The translations under genes were made by a program, and so were the position numbers. This document shows positions 36,703 through 49,222 of a stretch of DNA of 64,000 nt, piece after piece (within the stretch, counting starts at the first letter, position 1; each line of letters opens with the position of its first letter). The notes beneath the pieces are model-generated. The model ran no database searches. It had not been told where the DNA came from and was given only the letters and a program-made list of their open reading frames with translations. The DNA lies in the NCBI GenBank assembly GCA_030390025.1, contig CM059433.1, forward strand, positions 26,538,001 through 26,602,000. The letters run 5' to 3'. This DNA is from Squalus acanthias. Its lineage: Eukaryota.

Positions 36703-37844
36703 CTAAAGTGCTCCTCCTTGCTCCACAACACTACGACGGGCCGTTGCCAGCCTGCGCTCGCCGCTGTCCAATTCTCCTCCCCCCCACCCCAGAACCTACC
36801 CGAGAGCCACTGCTGGTGTGGCAGGCGGCCCTAATTGAAGCTCCAGATACCAGAGGCAGATCACCAGAGCCTTGGGCCTCTGGCTTCGGGTGCCCATTCC
36901 ACGCCTGAAAACGGGCGCAAACCAATTTCTAGGCCAATATGTCCAGGTGAGCAAGAGGAGAATTTCCCGCATTATCTTTTCATGCTCTTTCAGACGTTGA
37001 CTGACCTGCTGCAGAATTTCCGGTTTTGTTTGAGTGTTCCAGCATTCAGCATTTTCTTTTTACCAGCAGCAAATCAAGTCTTGCGGTGAAAAGGGGAAGA
37101 GGAACTTTTCTGAGAAACGGGAGCAGGCTAATGTTTGTGAGTTTGTTCAAATAATAAAGAGAAAATGGCATTTTTTCTGTGCTGTGTGCTTTACCTACCA
37201 CTACGATGTATATAAAAAAACGTAGCAACAGTCATAAAACTGAACCTTGAGGGAAGTTGATACAAAGAGCTCACTGTGCAATGTGGCAATGAGAAACACA
37301 TTTTATGTTCTTTCTGGTAAATATGTTGAAACCCAATTTACTGCTTCATTTCTCAAACCAAAAACATTACGCTAATTCAACAGGATACTGTGGTCAAGGG
37401 TATCAAAGGCTTTACTTAGATCAAGGAAAAGGGCCTCAGTTAGAAGTTAGGCATTCATAGCTTCAGAAAAGTTCTTGAGAAACTAGTGTGGTGGGTGTAG
37501 AATGGATCCCAAACCTCGCTGCCACGGATTAGGAAAACATCTGAAATTGAAGCCATGAAAATAAAACTCAAGCTGTATGGTTGCAGTGTCAGATGACTTT
37601 TTAAGATTAGCAGGCTAATGATTGAGCACTTGAACTTTACAGTTGAGTTCACAGCAGTGATAAGCATTGGATTCCACATCAAATTCCAGAAACACAACTA
37701 AACCTCTTCCCTCCTATTCTCGCCAAAAATAACTCTTTCAATTATTTCAAAGCCGTATTACCTCCAGAAAAAATACCTAAACCTACAGTATAACAGGGAA
37801 CAGTTCTATATGCTTCTAATAACATGATAAATATCTAAAAAAAT

Positions 37845-38010
37845 CTACTCTGCGACCTAGGTTCAAACCCGGACAGATATGACTGAATACATGGAATGAA
37901 TTTCACCTATCTGAATCAAGTTCAATTGGGCGTGAGCCCATATCACAAATCAGTGTCGATTTTGCATTAAATTAGCATTATATTGGCCATCTCACTCAGA
38001 GAAGCTACAT
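37845..38010 (+). mobile_element. Highly decayed LF-SINE-like relic
   Basis: B-box-like GACCTAGGTTCAAACC followed by CCATATCACAAA...TTGCATTAAATTAGCA...TTGGCCATCTCACTCAGAGAAGC, resembling the LF-SINE body as I recall it. Confidence 0.45.
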
Positions 38011-38374
38011 GAGGGTTCCTGTGGGAAATAGTAATACGTCACAAGAAAACCTGAAAAATAAATTTTAAACTTACCTTCTGGGCCTCTTCTTGGCCCAGGA
38101 TCGGGCTCCCGGCAGGCTTTGTATGACCGGGGAGCCGACACTGCCCCTCGCTCAGGCCTCTGGTTGATATTGCAGATTGGGTACTGATGACATCATACTG
38201 AAAACACGACCCCACTTCCTTCCTGCGGGTGCCCTGCTCGCCTGCTCAGAAGAGCAAGTTAATATGGGGACACGCCGAGAAGGAAGCGGGGTTGGTGCAG
38301 GTAACTGACGCCCTTTATTTTATTTGTCCCCCCTCCCGGTTTCCGCCAGGTGGGGGGTAGTTAAAATTGGGACC

Positions 38375-38720
38375 AATTAATTACTTGGAAGTGCAATTCC
38401 TGTTGTTATGCAGGTGAATGCGGCAGCTGGTTTGTGCACAGCAAGGTCCCACAAACACCAATTTATCTGTTTTTGGTGGTGCTGGTTAAGGGGGAATATT
38501 GGCCAGGACGCACTGGATAGAACTCCCTGCCCTTCTTCAAATAGTGCTGTTGCAATCTTTAACATCCATCAGAACAGACAGATAGAACCTCACTTTAACA
38601 TCTCTTCTAAAAGAGGGCACTGCAGACAATTCAGCATTTCCTCAGTACGAGAGCCTGGATTGTGTGCTCAAGTCCTGGAGTGGGGTTTGAACCCACCACC
38701 CGCTGACTCAGACGTGACAG
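38375..38720 (-). mobile_element. Deu-domain SINE (SacSINE1/AmnSINE-like), decayed
   Basis: tRNA-like head (GGTTCAAACCCCACTCCAG) and Deu-like core GGGACCTTGCTGTGCACAAACCAGCTGCCGC on the minus strand. Homologous to 43255-43665. Confidence 0.7.
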
Positions 38721-40416
38721 AATGTAGGATTTATTGCAAGGGATTGATGCAAGCTTTACAAGATGCAACTACTCCAGATTCAATAAAAAGAGGAATATAA
38801 GGGTTAACATTCCAACACTGGGCTTCCAGCCGGGTGTCTTGCCTGTCGAGAGCCATATATAACAAATTCTGGCACACACTGCCCACGATTCTCCAACCAC
38901 TACTTTAATTGGCTGGAAAACCGAGCAATGCATTGCACTGGAATTTCTGATGTACCCTATCGATGGGCAGGGCTCCCAACCAGGAGCATAAAGTTAGAAA
39001 ATTAAGTCGAGAACTTTTCAAGAATTTCTAGAATTTCAGTGCATCAAAACCTGTCCTTGGGATTACCTCAATAAGAGATGGCGGAGTAAAACAGGAAAAT
39101 GTTGTACATGGTGAGGTAAAGTTTATAAATTCACTCTCCTGGCACAGAGCTGTGTATATCGGGATTCCAGGTGCAGGATCCACAGAAGTGTCTGTCCAGA
39201 AAGTCCTGTGGGGCTCACTGACATGTGCATCTCAATTACTGATTTCCACTCCTTGTGCGCGAAGCTCTGTGCTGGTAGTATGAATTTTTAAACTCTATCC
39301 GGATGTATATTATTCAGCATACTATAAGGTTTATTGCACAGTTCCACAGTGCCAGCAAGGCCCCACGTGCAGCCATTTTATCTCCTTGCTGCTGTAGTCT
39401 CTGCAAAAAAGAATTCCCCGACACTATCAATTGCTGCTCCCTTTCACTCCTGACGCATCGACCTATCCCCACACCCCACCCTTCCCCTTTAAGGCCATAC
39501 TGCAGACCCATCAAGATCGGCAACTCCGTTGGATTTCCCGCCCTCCCAATCGGCAAGCTGCCTCTGAAGAATGTGATTAGCGCTGCCAACTCACCGAACC
39601 AATGTTGATGAGGGCAAACCAGGAAAATTGATTGGGCTTCCCACCAACTACATCTTCTGCCCCGCCCACTGCCTGCCTAATATGCACCCAAATCGTAAAT
39701 CGCCCCCATATAACCTTATCCACAACAGTTAGAACAAGTTTGAAGAACGAGTCTAACTAGCAACTAGCTCTTAACAAAGGAATGCAGTAAAAGAAAAAGA
39801 AAAAAGAACACAATAACCATTTTTTGGTGGACATCTTCAATCTTTTAAAAACCAGATTGGGAGATTTCCTCATTAACTGGTATCTAAAGAGCAGGCTTTT
39901 CTAATAAAATTATTGACAGGAAGGATCCCCCCCCAAGTCTATAAGAATATCTGTATGTAAATATTAATATGCACCTGTATATTTCTGTTATAACCACAGT
40001 TATTTGCTCTATTCCTACCTTTCTGTTCAATGCAGTGTTCCTGGATTAACATTATAAAAAGAGCTGTGGTATTGATGTAGTAAATCATAAGACAGTATAA
40101 ATTACAAAAAATCTCCTGTCATGGTCACTATAGGTTGAGTAGATGCCTTTGTTATATAAGGGCAGAAATTTGAGAGGAGCGATTTGAGTGGAAATGGTGC
40201 GTTGCGAGAAATCTCATCAGTATTTCTCACATGACCGCTTCCACTCAAAAGTCGTGAATAGCATATTTTCCTTACTTTTAGTGAGCTTCCACCCACACAG
40301 TGGGCTGCCTGTGTGAGCATGTGCGTGGCTGCCAAGTATTTTGTAGTGAAGTTACAACCTGGGCCAGAATCTTGGATGCAGTGCAAAGCAGGAGACAACT
40401 GGCAAGTTTATACACT

Positions 40417-41177
40417 GGGGAAAAAATTCGTCAGCGACCATTTCGGGTCGCTAACATCGCCTGGGTGCTAAATTTAGCGCCCGGCGAAATATAACGCCGG
40501 CGATCGTTAACTTTAGGTTTAACGCCCCAAGAGGGAGGTGGAGCACTAATTAAAGTGCGCAACTTCCTTCTCAGAGCGCTAACCCCGAATATCGGAGCGG
40601 TGCGTTCTGCAGCATGGAAGGGCTCCTCCCCTCATTAAAGGGGAGGGCCCAAGCCCACAACTCTGCAGGGCCCTACCTGGACCACCGGGGAGCGGGGTGC
40701 TGTGCCAGCAGCCCGGCACACAAGAGGAGTGCCGGGCTGCCAGATTGCGGCACGGACCCCGTGTTCAAAGACGCAACGGGTCTCGACAAGTAAGTTGGCT
40801 GATTTTTTTTCCCCGCCTGCCACCTCCCCTTTACTTAGCGCCCCACGAGCCTCCTGCCGCTCCGTTCCCACCCCCTGAATCGGTCGCTGTCATTGCCCGG
40901 TGCAGATTCAGGGGGCACGGGCCAATTTTGCAGGTGGGGTGAAAACGGAGCGCTGCGCACGGTGATGACGTCATCATCGCCTGCGCAGCGGAGCGGGGCG
41001 CTACCGGATACCAGCCACCGCTAAACTCCCACTGAATTTAGCGGGAGTTGTTAGCGGCACAGCACCCAGGCGAAAAGTTGTTTGAGCCCCGTTAGTGCCC
41101 CCACCACCCGCACCCCCCCTGCCCCCCCCCCCCCCCGAGACGCTAACAGGAGGCACAAATGCACTGAATTTCTAGCC
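40417..41177. mobile_element. Harbinger MITE
   Basis: GGGGAAAAAATTC ... GAATTTCTAGCC with flanks ACT/ACA. Colinear with 22095-22842 and 42367-43081. Confidence 0.75.
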
Positions 41178-41304
41178 ACATTTATCTCACATCCACTCAC
41201 TGGAGAAAGCACTTTTGCTGGTAGGAATTTCTACCCTATAACTCAGAAACAAATGGGATAAGGCAAAATCAGCACGGCCACACTGCAGGAGTCTGAGGTG
41301 TGAG

Positions 41305-41700
41305 TTACATAGAATTCACAGCACAGAAACAGAACTTTCAGCCCAACTGGTCCATGTCGGTGTTTATGCTCCATATGAGCCTCCTACCCTACTTCATCTC
41401 ACCCTATCAACATATCCTTCTATTCTTTCTCCCTCATGTGTTTATCTAGCTTCCCTTAAATGCATCTATGCTATTCACCTCAACCACGCCATGTGGTAGC
41501 AAGTTTAACATTCTCACCACTCTCTGAGTAAAGAAGTTTCTCCTGAATTCCCTATTGGATTTATTAGTGACTGTCTTATAGTTATGCACCTGGTTTGGGT
41601 CACCCTATAAGTGAAACATCTTCTCTATGTCTACCCTATCAAACCCCTTCATAATCTTAAAGATCTCTATCAGGTCACCACTCAATCTTCTCTTTTCTCT
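41305..41700 (-). mobile_element. CR1 3' end
   Basis: CR1 3' UTR and C-terminal coding remnant on the minus strand. Confidence 0.75.
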
Positions 41701-42366
41701 TTTGAAGAGTCGGGGCCATATTATTAAAGTTTTATCTCTGACTCACACCCCCGCCTAGCAAGGCTCCCTTCCGGGAGTACAGACTCACTAAATTTTCCAT
41801 TTAAAAAGCAACTAATACCATAATTTCATCATGGATTAAAAATTATGATTGCAGGACTTGGCCCCGATTTTAACTCCAGATGCATTCCCGCTCAGGCCTA
41901 AGTTAAAATTCAGGTTCCAATGATGTCATTGGACCACAACATACATAAAAAAGGACCCTGTTGGCTCCGGGCACAGGTCCTTGCTGCCTGCTCAGGAGAG
42001 CAGGCTAAAATTGCAGATGTTGCGATCATGGCGGCTTTTGGACAGGTAAGAGCGAGGGCGATTTTAACTGCCCACCCGCCAGGTTTCTGCTGAGCAAGTA
42101 GAGTTAAAATCGCCCCTACCTCAAGTATATGTATGAACCCTAATGTATGCACAGGAAATTTTATAACCAATTAAATCCTCTCATGGAGATAAAAAGAAAA
42201 GACTGCAAGTGCTGGAAATCTGAAATCAAAATTGAAAGGGAAATGCACAGCAAGTCAATCAGCATCTGAAAAGAGAAAAGTCCTTTGTCAATACTGAGGA
42301 AGAAATCCAGGTAAGCTCCTGTATTGAATTGACCAAAGCTAAGAGGGGTCAATAGGTAAAGATTGT

Positions 42367-43081
42367 GGGGGAGAAATTGAGTCATGCCACCTTTGGGGTG
42401 TTAACTTCGCCGGGGCGCTACTTTTAGCGCCCCGAAAAAATTAGCGCCCCCCACGGCCAAAATTCATCGCTAGCGCCCCAAGAGGGAAGCGGGGAGCTAC
42501 TGGAAGCGCCCTGCCTTCCTCTTGGAGTGCTGCGAGGGAATATCGCGGCGCTACGTGCCACGGTACTGCAGGCCTTCCTCATCTTCTTAAAGGGGAGGGG
42601 CCTTGCGCAACGCGACCCGGGGCCCAGCTGGGCCACCAGGGAACGGAATGCCGGCAAAAGAGCCCGGCACTCGAGAGAAATGCCGGGCTCATGGAGCGCA
42701 GCCGGTGCCCCGCAGGGGGGTTGGTCAGGAGGCCAGGGATGGCAACGGGGACAGGTGCTGGCAGGCGGCCAGCAGCAAAAATGGCCGCCCGGCACCTCGC
42801 CTTTAATTAGTGCCGCCCCGGCCACAGGTAGGCCCCCCTGACCCCGTCGGACATAGCGTCCAGCGGTAAGTCAGGGGGCGCTACTGAAGATCGCGGCCGG
42901 GGCGCGAGCGGGGCGCTGCGCACTGCGATGACGTCATCACCGGTGGCGCAGCGCTGCAGGGCGCTAGCGGTTACCGCTGCCGCAATGTCCCGCTGAATTT
43001 CGCAGGAGGCATTGGCAGTGGCGCGCCCGGGCACTAGTTGCTTTGCGCCCCGGAGGTGCAAAGCAACCGAATTTTTAGGCT
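42367..43081. mobile_element. Harbinger MITE
   Basis: GGGGGAGAAATTG ... CGAATTTTTAGGCT with TSD TGT/TGT. CpG-rich. Confidence 0.8.
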
Positions 43082-43254
43082 TGTAGGTCAAATGCATTAA
43101 TCACTGATATAAAGAAGAGCTTTTCAAGGTTAAATTGGGCCACGTAGTGCCCAATTTTCAGGTGCTACACAACCTCCTAAGGCCCCAAAATGGTGCGCAG
43201 GAAGCACACTTTCGACCATAAGTGCAACACCCGCCATGTTGGGTACGGACAAAC

Positions 43255-43665
43255 AAGAGAAAGAAATTAAGACTTTATATAGCGCCTTTCATGACCTCAG
43301 GACATCCCAAAGCGTTTTACAGCCAATGAAGAGCTTTTGAAGTGTAGTCACTGTTGTAATGGAGGAAACGCGGCAGCCAGCCTGCGCACAGCAAGATTCC
43401 ACTAAAAGTAATGTGATATTGACCGATAATCTGTTTTTGTGATGTTAATTGAGGAATAAATATTGGCCAGGACACCAGGGAGAACTCTCCTGCTCTTCTT
43501 CGAAGTACTGCCTTGGGATCTTTTAAGTCCAGCTGAGAGAGCAGACGGGGCCTCAGTTTAACACCTTATCTGAAAGACGGCACCTCAGTACTGCCCTGGA
43601 ATATCAGCCTAGATTTTTGTGTTCAAGTCTCTGGAGTGGGTGCTACCAACTGAGCCATGACTGAC
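43255..43665 (-). mobile_element. Deu-domain SINE with L2-type tail
   Basis: Minus strand GGAATCTTGCTGTGCGCAGGCTGGCTGCCGCGTTTCC...GAAAGGCGCTATATAAA plus a simple-repeat tail. A further 3' fragment lies at 44940-45055. Confidence 0.75.
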
Positions 43666-43997
43666 AAGCGGCCTGCTATACCCATGCCTGAAGCAGGTGT
43701 TAGTCCATTTGCATATGTAAATAAGGGGCCATAACACCTGCTTCAGACCCTGCTCCAAAATTGGTTGCCCCATGACATCTAGGGAAAATCAACCCTAAAC
43801 ATCGCATACGTAATAAAAGGTAAGTACTTACCACAATCGCCATCACTCCCAGTCCGGAGATCCCCCACCTCCAGGCCCTGGCCCCGACCTCCAATATCCC
43901 TCCCACCCCAAAGGCCCCTTCCTACGATGTCCCACCCTCCCCCGGCTCCGACCTCCGATGTCCCACCCTCCCCCTGGCCCCGACCTCTAGACCCCCA

Positions 43998-44402
43998 AGA
44001 TAAAATAGGAAATTATAGGCCTATTAGTTTAACGTCTGCTGTGGGAAAGTTACTAGAATCTGTTATTAAGGACAGAGTGACTGAGCACTTGGACTACATG
44101 AACCGATCAGAGAGAGTGAGCATGGATTTGTAAAGGGTAAGTCATGTTTAACAAACCTAGTTGAATTTTTTTGAAGATGTAACGTAAGTGTAGATAAGGG
44201 AGTGTCAATGGATGTTATTTATATGGACTTCCAGAAGGCATTCAATAAGGCTCCACAAAAGAGACTGTTAACCAAAATGAGAGCGCATGGAATTGGAGGC
44301 AATCTATTGACATGGGTAGGGAATTGGTTAGGAGGTAGGAGACAGAGAGTAGGGATAATGGGTATGTACCCCAATTGGCAGGAGGTGACTAGTGGTGTTC
44401 CC
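43998..44402 (+). mobile_element. CR1 RT fragment
   Basis: GNYRPISLTSAVGKLLES, DVIYMDFQKAF and VTSGVPQ motifs. Confidence 0.85.
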
Positions 44403-46458
44403 CAACAACATGGGTGAGAGGGGAAGAGTGAAGTCTGGAAAGCCCCAGTTATCTCGTCCTATTCCATGAAAGGTGGAGCCTGGCTATGAAGTGCTGCGGA
44501 GCTCATCGGCAGCTTGTGGCTTCACCCTGGATGAAGAATCCCCCCACTGCACTGTACAACTAATGAAATGGGGCCCAAATGGAACATGAGCCGCCTGCTG
44601 AGATGTGCAGCTACTCAACAGCATGTTTAGCGCTGGATGCACGCAGCAATCATGCAAATTAGCAGGCAGCAAGAAGGTTGCGTGCTGCCTGCATCGGAAG
44701 CAACGGGCGCAGGGTTAATCGCGCATCGTGATCCCCACACCCGTTTTCACGGGCTATCAAATTTAGCCCCCTGCATGTTCAAGCCCACAACATAACTGAA
44801 ATTCAGGTAAACATGATCCTCCAAACGGAAGTACTTAGGACAGTAGTTGGATTCAGCCACCCAATACCACCACAGTTACAAAGCCTTAAATCTATCCTGA
44901 AGTGAAGCAGCACCACTCAGAAACATTTGGTGCATGTGAAAAAAATAAAGAAAGACTTGCATTTCTATAGTGCCTTTCATGACCCTAGGGCACGCCAAAG
45001 CGCTATACAGCTAATGATGTACTTTCGAAGTGTAGTGATTGTTGTAATGTAGAAACAACAGAATGCTGACATACAGCACTTTATTTCTCCACCTTGCAGA
45101 TCACGAATAGTGGGAAATAGTACATAATGTGGCTCAGCACCCATGGATTGGCATTGGGAGCAAGCTGCTTATTATTGGTCAGGTGGTAATCCTGATGCTC
45201 TTAATCATAATTGTCTGCATAGTAAGGAGAAGTCTTAAAAACTAAATTTCGAATGGAAATGTTAGCCTTAGCAAGAAAGTATGTTGTGAAACTGCTAAGA
45301 CAGGTGTTTTTCAGTTTCAAAGGGAGGAATAGTAGGTTTTAGAGATCATAGAATCATACAATCATAAAATGATACAGGAGGCCATTCGGCCCATTGTGCC
45401 TGTGCTGGCTCTTTGAAAGAGCTATCCAATTAGTCCTATTTTCATAGCCCTGCAAAATTTTTCCCCTTTAAGTATTTATCCAATTCCCCTTTAAAAGTTA
45501 CTATTGAATCTGTTTCCACCACCCTTTCACTCAGTGCATTCCAGATCATAACAACTCGCTGTGTAAAAAAATGTATACTTATCTCACCTCTGGTTCTTTT
45601 ATCAATTCCCTTAACTCTGTGTCTTCTGGTTACCGACCCTTCTGCCACTAGAAACAGTTTCTCCTTATTTACTCTATCAAAACTCTTCATGATTTTGAAA
45701 ACCTCTATTAAATCCACCCTTAACCTTCTCTGCTCTAAGGAGAACAATCCCAGCTACTTTAGTCTCTCCAAATAACTGAAGTCCCTCATCCCTGGAACCA
45801 TTCTAGTAAATCTTCTCTGCACCCTCTCCAAGGCCTTGGCATCCTTCCTAAACTGGACACAATGCTCCACTGAGGCTTAACCAGTGATTTATAAAATTTA
45901 GCATAACTTCCTTGCTTTTGTACTCTATGGGCTGGATTTTCATCGGGCCGTTGAGGCGGGATTGGAGGCGTGTGGGTGGTTAAAATTGCAAAAACTGGCG
46001 GGCGGGCCCAACCCCGCCTCCATCCCGCCTCCACGCAATTTTCATTAAATCGTGTCTACTGGTCCCGTCTCCGTCCCGCCTCCAAGAGGCGGGATAGGCC
46101 ATTAAGGCCCTTAACAAGCACTTAATTGCCTCTATAATGCCATTTTGATAGGCCTTTGTGATTTTAACCCTTTTCCCACATGAAGCACGCCTGTTCTGAA
46201 ACATGACAGTGAAACCTGGCGGTAGCAGAATTGGATTGCTGACTATCAGCTGCAGCTCAACCATTAAATAGGAGATTTGATCAGCCATCATTTGCAGGTG
46301 GCAGGACTTTGCTGTCTCAGGTTTGGGGGAACTTTTAGAAGGCATAACCACAGCTGTGGAAGTTTGGAGCCTGACACCCATCTCCAGTGTGGCCTCCTGG
46401 GAAACCCCTCTCGCCACCTTGACTGAGCGCTTCCTCAACTGAGGCATATACCAGAAGC

Positions 46459-48977
46459 ATGGGAGCCATTTATTTCCTTCCCTTCTGGACATCAGATGAG
46501 GTTGAAGACCAGCTGCGGCACCAGCAGAACCATGAACAACAGCAGCACCAACAGCAGCAGCAACAGCAGGAGCGCCAAGCTGCTGCTCACCCACCTGAAG
46601 CTGCACAGGCCAGAATGGGCCAGCGCATGGAAGCCCGTCGGCGCAGGAGATACCCCCAAAACAGGGTCTACAGACACAGGGTCAGCTACCTCAACATGTC
46701 TGAGCAGCAGTGCCAAAGGCGGCTCCGACTTTCGCGAGAGGTAGTGGGTGACATCTGCGCAATGCTGTAACAAGACCTGGAGCCCAGAGGACCAGGTGGA
46801 CAACCCTTACCAGTGGCCGTCAAAGTCACCACCGCACTCAACATTTTTTGCCTCAGGGTCATTCCAGGGATCAGCAGCAGACATCAGCGGCATCTCCCAG
46901 GCGGCCACACACACTTGCATCATGCAGGTAACCGATGCCCTCTTTGCCATCGCGCACACTCACATCCATTTCACCAAGGATCGAGCAAGTGTCACGGCAT
47001 GTGCGGTTGGATTAGCTAATCTGGCAGACTTTCCAAGGGTGCAGGGCATCGTTGACTGCACACATGTGGCCCTTAAGGCACCCCATCGCAATCCAGGTAT
47101 TTTTGTCAACCGCAAGGGCTTCCACTCCCTCAACGTTCAGCTGGTGTGTGACCACAAGAAAGAAATTTTGCATGTTTGTGCCAAGTACCCTGGCAGCTGC
47201 CATGACCAATTTGACTGAATTTTTTGAGGGGGTGACTAGGTGTGTGGATGAGGGTAGTGCAGTTGATGTGGTCTACATGGACTTCAGTAAGGCTTTTGAC
47301 AAAGTCCCGCATGGGAGACTGGTCAAGAAGATAAAAGCCCATGGGATCCAGGGCAACTTGGCACATTGGATCCAAATTGGCTTAGTGGCAGGAGGCAGAG
47401 GGTGATGTTCGAAGGTTGTTTTTGTGACTGGAAGCCTGTGTCCAGTGGTGTACCGCAGGGATCGGTGCTGGGTCCTTTGCTCTTTGTAGTGTACATTAAT
47501 GATTTAGATATGAATGTAGGAGGCAGGATCAGTAAGTTTGAAGATGACACGAAAATTGGTGGAGTGGTCAATAGCGAGGAGGGAAGACTCAGGCTACAGG
47601 ATGATATAGACGGGTTGGTCAGATGGGCAGAACAGTGGCAAATGGAATTTAACCCTGAAAAGTGTGAGGTGATGCATTTTGGGAGGACTAACAAGGCAAG
47701 GGAATACACAATGAATGGTAGGACCCTAGGAAGGACAGAAGATCAGAGGGACCTTGGCGTGCATGTACATAGATCCCTGAAGGCAGCAGGACAGGTAGAT
47801 AAGGTGGTTAAAAAGGCATATGCGATACTTGCCTTCATTAGCCGAGGCATAGAATATAAGAGCAGGGAGGTTATGATGGAGCTGTACAAAACACTAGTTA
47901 GGCCACAGCTGGAATACTGTGTGCAGTTCTGGTCGCCACACTATAGGAAGGATGTGATTGCATTGGAGAGGGTGCAGAGGAGATTCACCAGAATGTTACC
48001 TGGGCTGTAGCGCTTCAGCTATGAAGAGAGACTGGACAGGCTGGGGTTGTTTTCCTTAGAGCAGAGAAGGCTGAGGGGGGACCTGATTGAGGTGTACAAA
48101 ATTATGAGGGGCATAGATAGGGTAGATAGAAAGGAACTTTTCCCCTTAGTAGAGGGGTCAATAACCAGGGGGCATAGTTTCAAGGTAAGGGGCAGGAGGT
48201 TTAGAGGGGATTTGAGGAAAAACTTTTTCACCCAGAGGGTGGTTGGAATCTGGAACTCACTGCCTGAAAGGATGGTAGAGGCAGGAACCCTCACAACATT
48301 CAAGAAAAATTTAGATGAGCACTTGAAACGCCATGGCATACAAGGCTATGGACCAAGTGCTGGAAAATGGGATTAGAATAGACAGGGCTTGGTGGCCGGT
48401 GCGTACACGATGGGCTGAAGGGTCTCTTTCTGTGCTGTATAACTCTATGACTCTATGACTCTATGACTCCTTCATACTGCGCCAGTCTAGTGTGCCTCCG
48501 CTATTCAGTCCACCAGACCAACTTAACGGATGGCTACTTGGAGACAAGGGCTATCCCCTAAAGACGTGGCTAATGACGCTGTTGCGGAGCCCATCCAATG
48601 AAGCTGAGGAGAGCTACAACTCCAGCCACATGTCCACCAGAGCCATAATCGAGACATCTATCGGTTTACTGAAGATGCACTTCAGATGCCTGGATAGATC
48701 AGGTGGAGCCCTGCAGTACTCAGTAGCCAGGGTCTCCAGAATCGTCGTGGTTTGCTGTGCACTTCACAACATGGCACAGCGTCGTGGCTTGCAGATTCCT
48801 GAGGACCAAGTGGCTCGTCACATATCCTCCTCAGATGAGGAGGAGGAGGAGGAGGAGAAGGAGGAGGAGAGCGAAAATGAACATCTTGCAGAGGCCCATC
48901 CACCAGCGGCAGCAGTACGCGAGAACATTGGTGCCCGGGATGCAAGGAACGCACTCATCTTGGCCAGATTTGCTTAG
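46459..48977 (+). pseudogene. HARBI1-like DDE transposase (stop at 46768, frameshift ~46842, CR1 insertion 47207-48462)
   Basis: [54 protein letters not shown] and CCALHN motifs. The D-D-E positions are retained. Confidence 0.95.
47207..48462 (+). mobile_element. Comparatively young 5'-truncated CR1 inserted in the transposase
   Basis: ORFs 47366..48010 and 48047..48376 (GVPQGSVLGP, FEDD), a (CTCTATGA)n tail, and ATGAC duplicated at both ends. Confidence 0.95.
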
Positions 48978-49222
48978 CCTAGCCAATCAAGCACTTTTGC
49001 CTCGCAGCTGCTTACCTGAGCATCGACAATGGCCAAGAACCAGCGGATTCCTAGCAATTTGAACACCATACTGACAATTGCAAGTAATCCTAAGCCCTCA
49101 ATGTGGAAGTCCCATTCGCGAAATGACACACGCCACAACTACAGCAGTAGCCATCAGATTTTTTATTTACAGTAATCATCTGATGGCTTTTTAACATAAA
49201 ACATCAAAATTCACCCAAGTGA

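Noticed and set aside
32953..36935. Possible single Harbinger bounded by GGCCTAGAAAT TIRs (TAT/AAT flanks)
   Set aside because: The interior is a mosaic of unrelated pieces, so I cannot show the two ends belong together.
39030..39115. Candidate + strand exon (TTTCAG|...GAG|GTAAAG)
   Set aside because: Short peptide with no recognisable homology and no partner exons.
40019..40063. Candidate 45-nt phase 1-1 minus-strand exon (LFIMLIQEHCIEQK, donor GTAGGA)
   Set aside because: Weak polypyrimidine tract and no homology; expected by chance without RNA-seq support.
41097..41136. Poly-C / G-quadruplex-like tract
   Set aside because: Homopolymer expansion inside a MITE, also prone to sequencing error.
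43860..43990. ~33-bp C-rich tandem repeat
   Set aside because: Degenerate minisatellite within a transposon relic, with no unique spacers.
45080..45150. Good acceptor TTTCTCCACCTTGCAG
   Set aside because: All three downstream frames stop within ten codons.
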